This document shows, in pieces, positions 34,051-36,968 of a stretch of DNA of 36,968 nt (its first letter is position 1; every line of letters begins with the position of its first letter). The DNA lies in the NCBI RefSeq assembly GCF_006345805.1, contig NW_021836878.1, forward strand, positions 1 to 36,968. The letters run 5' to 3'. The DNA is from Octopus sinensis (Eukaryota). Under the pieces are notes generated by a model. It ran no database searches. It had not been told where the DNA came from and saw only the letters and a program-made list of their open reading frames with translations. The translations under genes were made by a program, and so were the position numbers.

Positions 34051-34807
34051 CTAATTTTGAAAGTTGGGTGGGAAACGGTTGGGTGAAAAAAAGGGCCCCT
34101 TATTTTGTTTAGGACACAGGAAACCCGTGTACCTAATTCTTGTTATTGTAGTATTTCTTGTGCAATCAATCAGTGAATATATGTAAATATATCTTGATGT
34201 ATATACGTGTGTGTGTACACAGCCAAGGAGCAAGAGGCGAAATAAAGGAGTCTTTGTTTAGATAAAATAGAAACCGTGATAATTATCGTTATTGCTATTG
34301 CTCTCCAAGCTACCAGCAGTTGTAATGGAAATGTTTTAATTTTTATATTTCCTGAATTTCTAATGATTTTTTTGTGTTTTATTAATAAAAATGAGGTGTA
34401 AGTATTCCAATGTCTTCTGATGATGATAATGGTATTCTTTGGTTAATAGAAAATGTATGAGCCAGGAAAAGCAAGAAGGTTTTTGTTTTAAATTTCTTTC
34501 GGTGCTACATACACTGCAACTGGAAGTCATGTAAAGTATTGACAGTAGGAATTCTGTAAGTACAAAATTAAGAGAGAAGTATGAATGAATATGAATACAG
34601 ACGAGAAAAAATATGTTCATTAATTTAGAAGCATACATAATAAAATATCTGTAACAGCTATAAGTTTTCATTTTCATGCCTATGATTGTAAGTGTGAGAT
34701 TTGGTATAATGTATATATGGTGTCACACTTTTTACTCAAAGGAAGATATTTTCTCCACGGTAAGTGCAGTGAATTTGCCTTTTGGCAATTGAAATACGTC
34801 ACAAAGA

Positions 34808-35664
34808 TATGCGTGGTCTAATCAATAAGTATCAGGACTGTTGCCATAATAACGAAGTTAAATCAAACAGAGTGAAGCTGCTTAGCACAGATTGACCGTA
34901 AACGCTGCTGTGCATGCACGCTAAGTTTTAACGCTCTAGTTTACTTCTGCTGTCTGCAGCAGTGCTTGGAAGGAAGGTGTACAGCGTGTGATCGTCGCAT
35001 TGATTATGACAGAAAGTTGAACAGAGAATCTGCATAAAATTTTTCCAAAATTTTGGCGGATCCTAGTCAGTGGCCTACGCAAAGTTTTCAAAAATTTTTC
35101 ATCGTTCTCGACAAAATCAAGGAGATCTTGTGCAACTGTAACCCAAGTGTCTTTTTCGGTCAGCTGAAAGCAGTTATGGCAAAAACTTGGCTGACACGCG
35201 TCTCATACCCAAATCTTCAGTGATAATGGACTGAACTGAACTGAACCGTAACTAATCTGCACACCCTCTGATAGCTCACGGATGGTGATTCGACAATTTC
35301 CCCTCCCAGCAGCATACACATCTGCGATGTTTTTCTCAGTTCTGCTGGTTGCATGTCTCCCAGAACGTTCGTCAATATCGACAATTTTTCGGTCATCTTG
35401 GAAATGTCTGAATCACTCGTACACTTGTGTGAGGCTCATGCATCTCCTCTCCATACACTTTCTGCAACACTGCGTTGGTCTCTGAGCAGGTATCGCTATG
35501 ACAACTTTCTGTCATGGTAAATGCGACGATCACATGCTACACATCTTCCTTCCAAGCACAGCTGTAAACAAGAGGATGTGAGCGAGAACGTTAAAACCTA
35601 GTGCGCATGCACAGCAGAGTTCAAGGTCAATCTGTACTAAGCGGCTTTACCTCTGCGTGCTTTA
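34808..35664. mobile_element. Non-autonomous mariner derivative made of two inverted 5' ends
   Basis: The minus arm encodes mariner N-terminal residues (KVYGEE, CMSLTQVYE*FRHF, RITIRELSE, EDLGMRRVSAKFLP, ENDEKFLKTL). The plus arm 34808-35086 repeats the terminus, 5' UTR and transposase start (ATG 35006, EQRICIKF). 34870-35020 is an inverted copy of 35500-35655. Confidence 0.88.
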
Positions 35665-35734
35665 TATAGAATACAAAAACTACATACATAGATATGGTAT
35701 ATAAAGCTACTGACAGTAATGCTAATGAAAGCCG

Positions 35735-35943
35735 ATGCTTTCAAATTTTGGCACTAGGCCAGCAATTCCAGGAGAAGGAATAAGTCAATTACATTGACCC
35801 CCAGTGATAAACTGGTACTTACTTTATCGAGGCTGAAAGAATGAAAGGCAAAATCAATCTCGATAAAATTTTAATTCAGAACAAAAAGGAGAAAATGCCT
35901 CTAAGTATTTTGCCCGCCGTGCTAATGGTTCTGCCATCTCGCC
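35735..35943 (-). mobile_element. SINE family B, diverged
   Basis: Reverse complement starts tggcgagatggcagaaccattagcacggcgggcaaaatacttag. Confidence 0.8.
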
Positions 35944-36096
35944 AACTTCATTACATTGATAATAATGCAAACTAATTAATCGACCTCTGGAGAATAAAAG
36001 ACAACGGTAACTCGGCAGGATCCTAAAGTATGGTAACAAAATGGCACAAAGCATTTCGTTTGTCACTCTCATGATTCCGGCAAATATATATATATA

Positions 36097-36493
36097 TGTG
36101 GCTGTGTGGTAAGTAGCTTGCTAACCAACCACATGGTACCGGGTTCAGTCCCACTGCGTGGCATCTTGGGCAAGTGTCTTCTGCTATAGCCCCGGGCCGA
36201 CCAATGCCTTGTGAGTGGATTTGGTAGACAGAAACTGAAAGAAGCCTGTCGTATATATGTATATATATATATGCATGTGTTGTTTGTGTGTCTGTGTTTG
36301 TCCCCCTAGCATTGCTTGACAACCGATGCTGGTGTTTTATGTCCCCGTTACTTAGCGGTTCGGCAAAAGAGACCGATAGAATAGTACTGGGCTTACAAAA
36401 AGAATAAGTTCCGGGGTCGAGTTGCTCGATTAAAGGCGGTGCTCCAGCATGGCCGCAGTCAAATGACTGAAACAAGTAAAAGAGTAAAAGAGT
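36097..36493 (+). mobile_element. SINE family A, near full length, in (TA)n
   Basis: gtggctgtgtggtaagtagcttgc head through gtaaaagagtaaaagag tail; (TA)n on both sides. Confidence 0.93.
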
Positions 36494-36968
36494 AATATAT
36501 ATATATATATATGTATGTATATATATATATATATATTTCGTATATGCGTTTTGTTTGGAAGATCCTTGATGTGAATCCTTGGGTTGAAACAAGTTTTGTT
36601 TTATCTTGGGAGGTTCATTACGCCAACAATAAACACACGCACTGGTTCAAAATCACTTTTCCATTATTAATCAATTAGTTAGTTTTTTAACGGACTAACA
36701 AATGGATTGCTGGCTTAATCAGTCGGTTAACAATTCGATCAGCGGTCTATCACACTGTTTCCGCCGCCATTTGCGAACTCATCACGGGCATGCTTTCTAT
36801 ACTCCGGCTCTCCTGGCAAGTATGCATATATATATATTTCATACACCTATCTCAGTCATACAACACAAATACCTCCCCCACTGTCACCACTAGCATTACC
36901 TCTAACTATGTCATATAATCAAACCGTCTTTAATTTCCACCTAAATTCACTTACTGTGCTACGTATAC

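Noticed and set aside
36023-36592. 189-aa minus-strand ORF
   Set aside because: Antisense reading of a SINE family A copy.
36949-36954. Minus-strand GTAAGT near the window edge as donor of the 5' UTR exon
   Set aside because: Weak exon-side context (ACA) and only 14 nt of upstream sequence are visible; cannot be supported.

Overview
AT-rich, microsatellite- and SINE-saturated animal genomic DNA. The repeat families match those I recognise from Octopus; this is an inference, not a database result. Almost all ORFs in the supplied track are simple-repeat or SINE artefacts. The one real protein-coding gene is a minus-strand GATA4/5/6-class transcription factor. Its large first coding exon (34050-33158, ATG at 34028, phase-1 donor) carries the SSPVYVPTTR motif. 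Reading splice signals in the 33 kb downstream gave two small exon candidates not called as exons in the ORF track. One is a GC-rich, frame-preserving 54-nt exon (11510-11457, VPDQNGQPDWAYAGYCPR). The other is a 47-nt phase-1-to-phase-0 exon (3268-3222, AIFGINGRRLLLCKRL), which has the phases and the ...RL ending of the GATA N-terminal zinc-finger exon but no finger. It is a candidate finger-replacing alternative exon, analogous to Drosophila SrpC versus SrpNC. No zinc-finger exon was seen in the window. The introns contain four tRNA-derived SINE families, CR1-, R4/Dong-, Hero- and L1-like LINE relics, Tc1 and mariner relics, a non-autonomous Helitron and hAT MITEs. Mechanistically informative items include a LINE/SINE shared 3' tail with a compensatorily conserved hairpin, a twin-primed 5'-inverted SINE with intact TSD, and a mariner built from two fused 5' ends. 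Repeat boundaries were read by eye and are approximate unless TSD or TIR positions are given.
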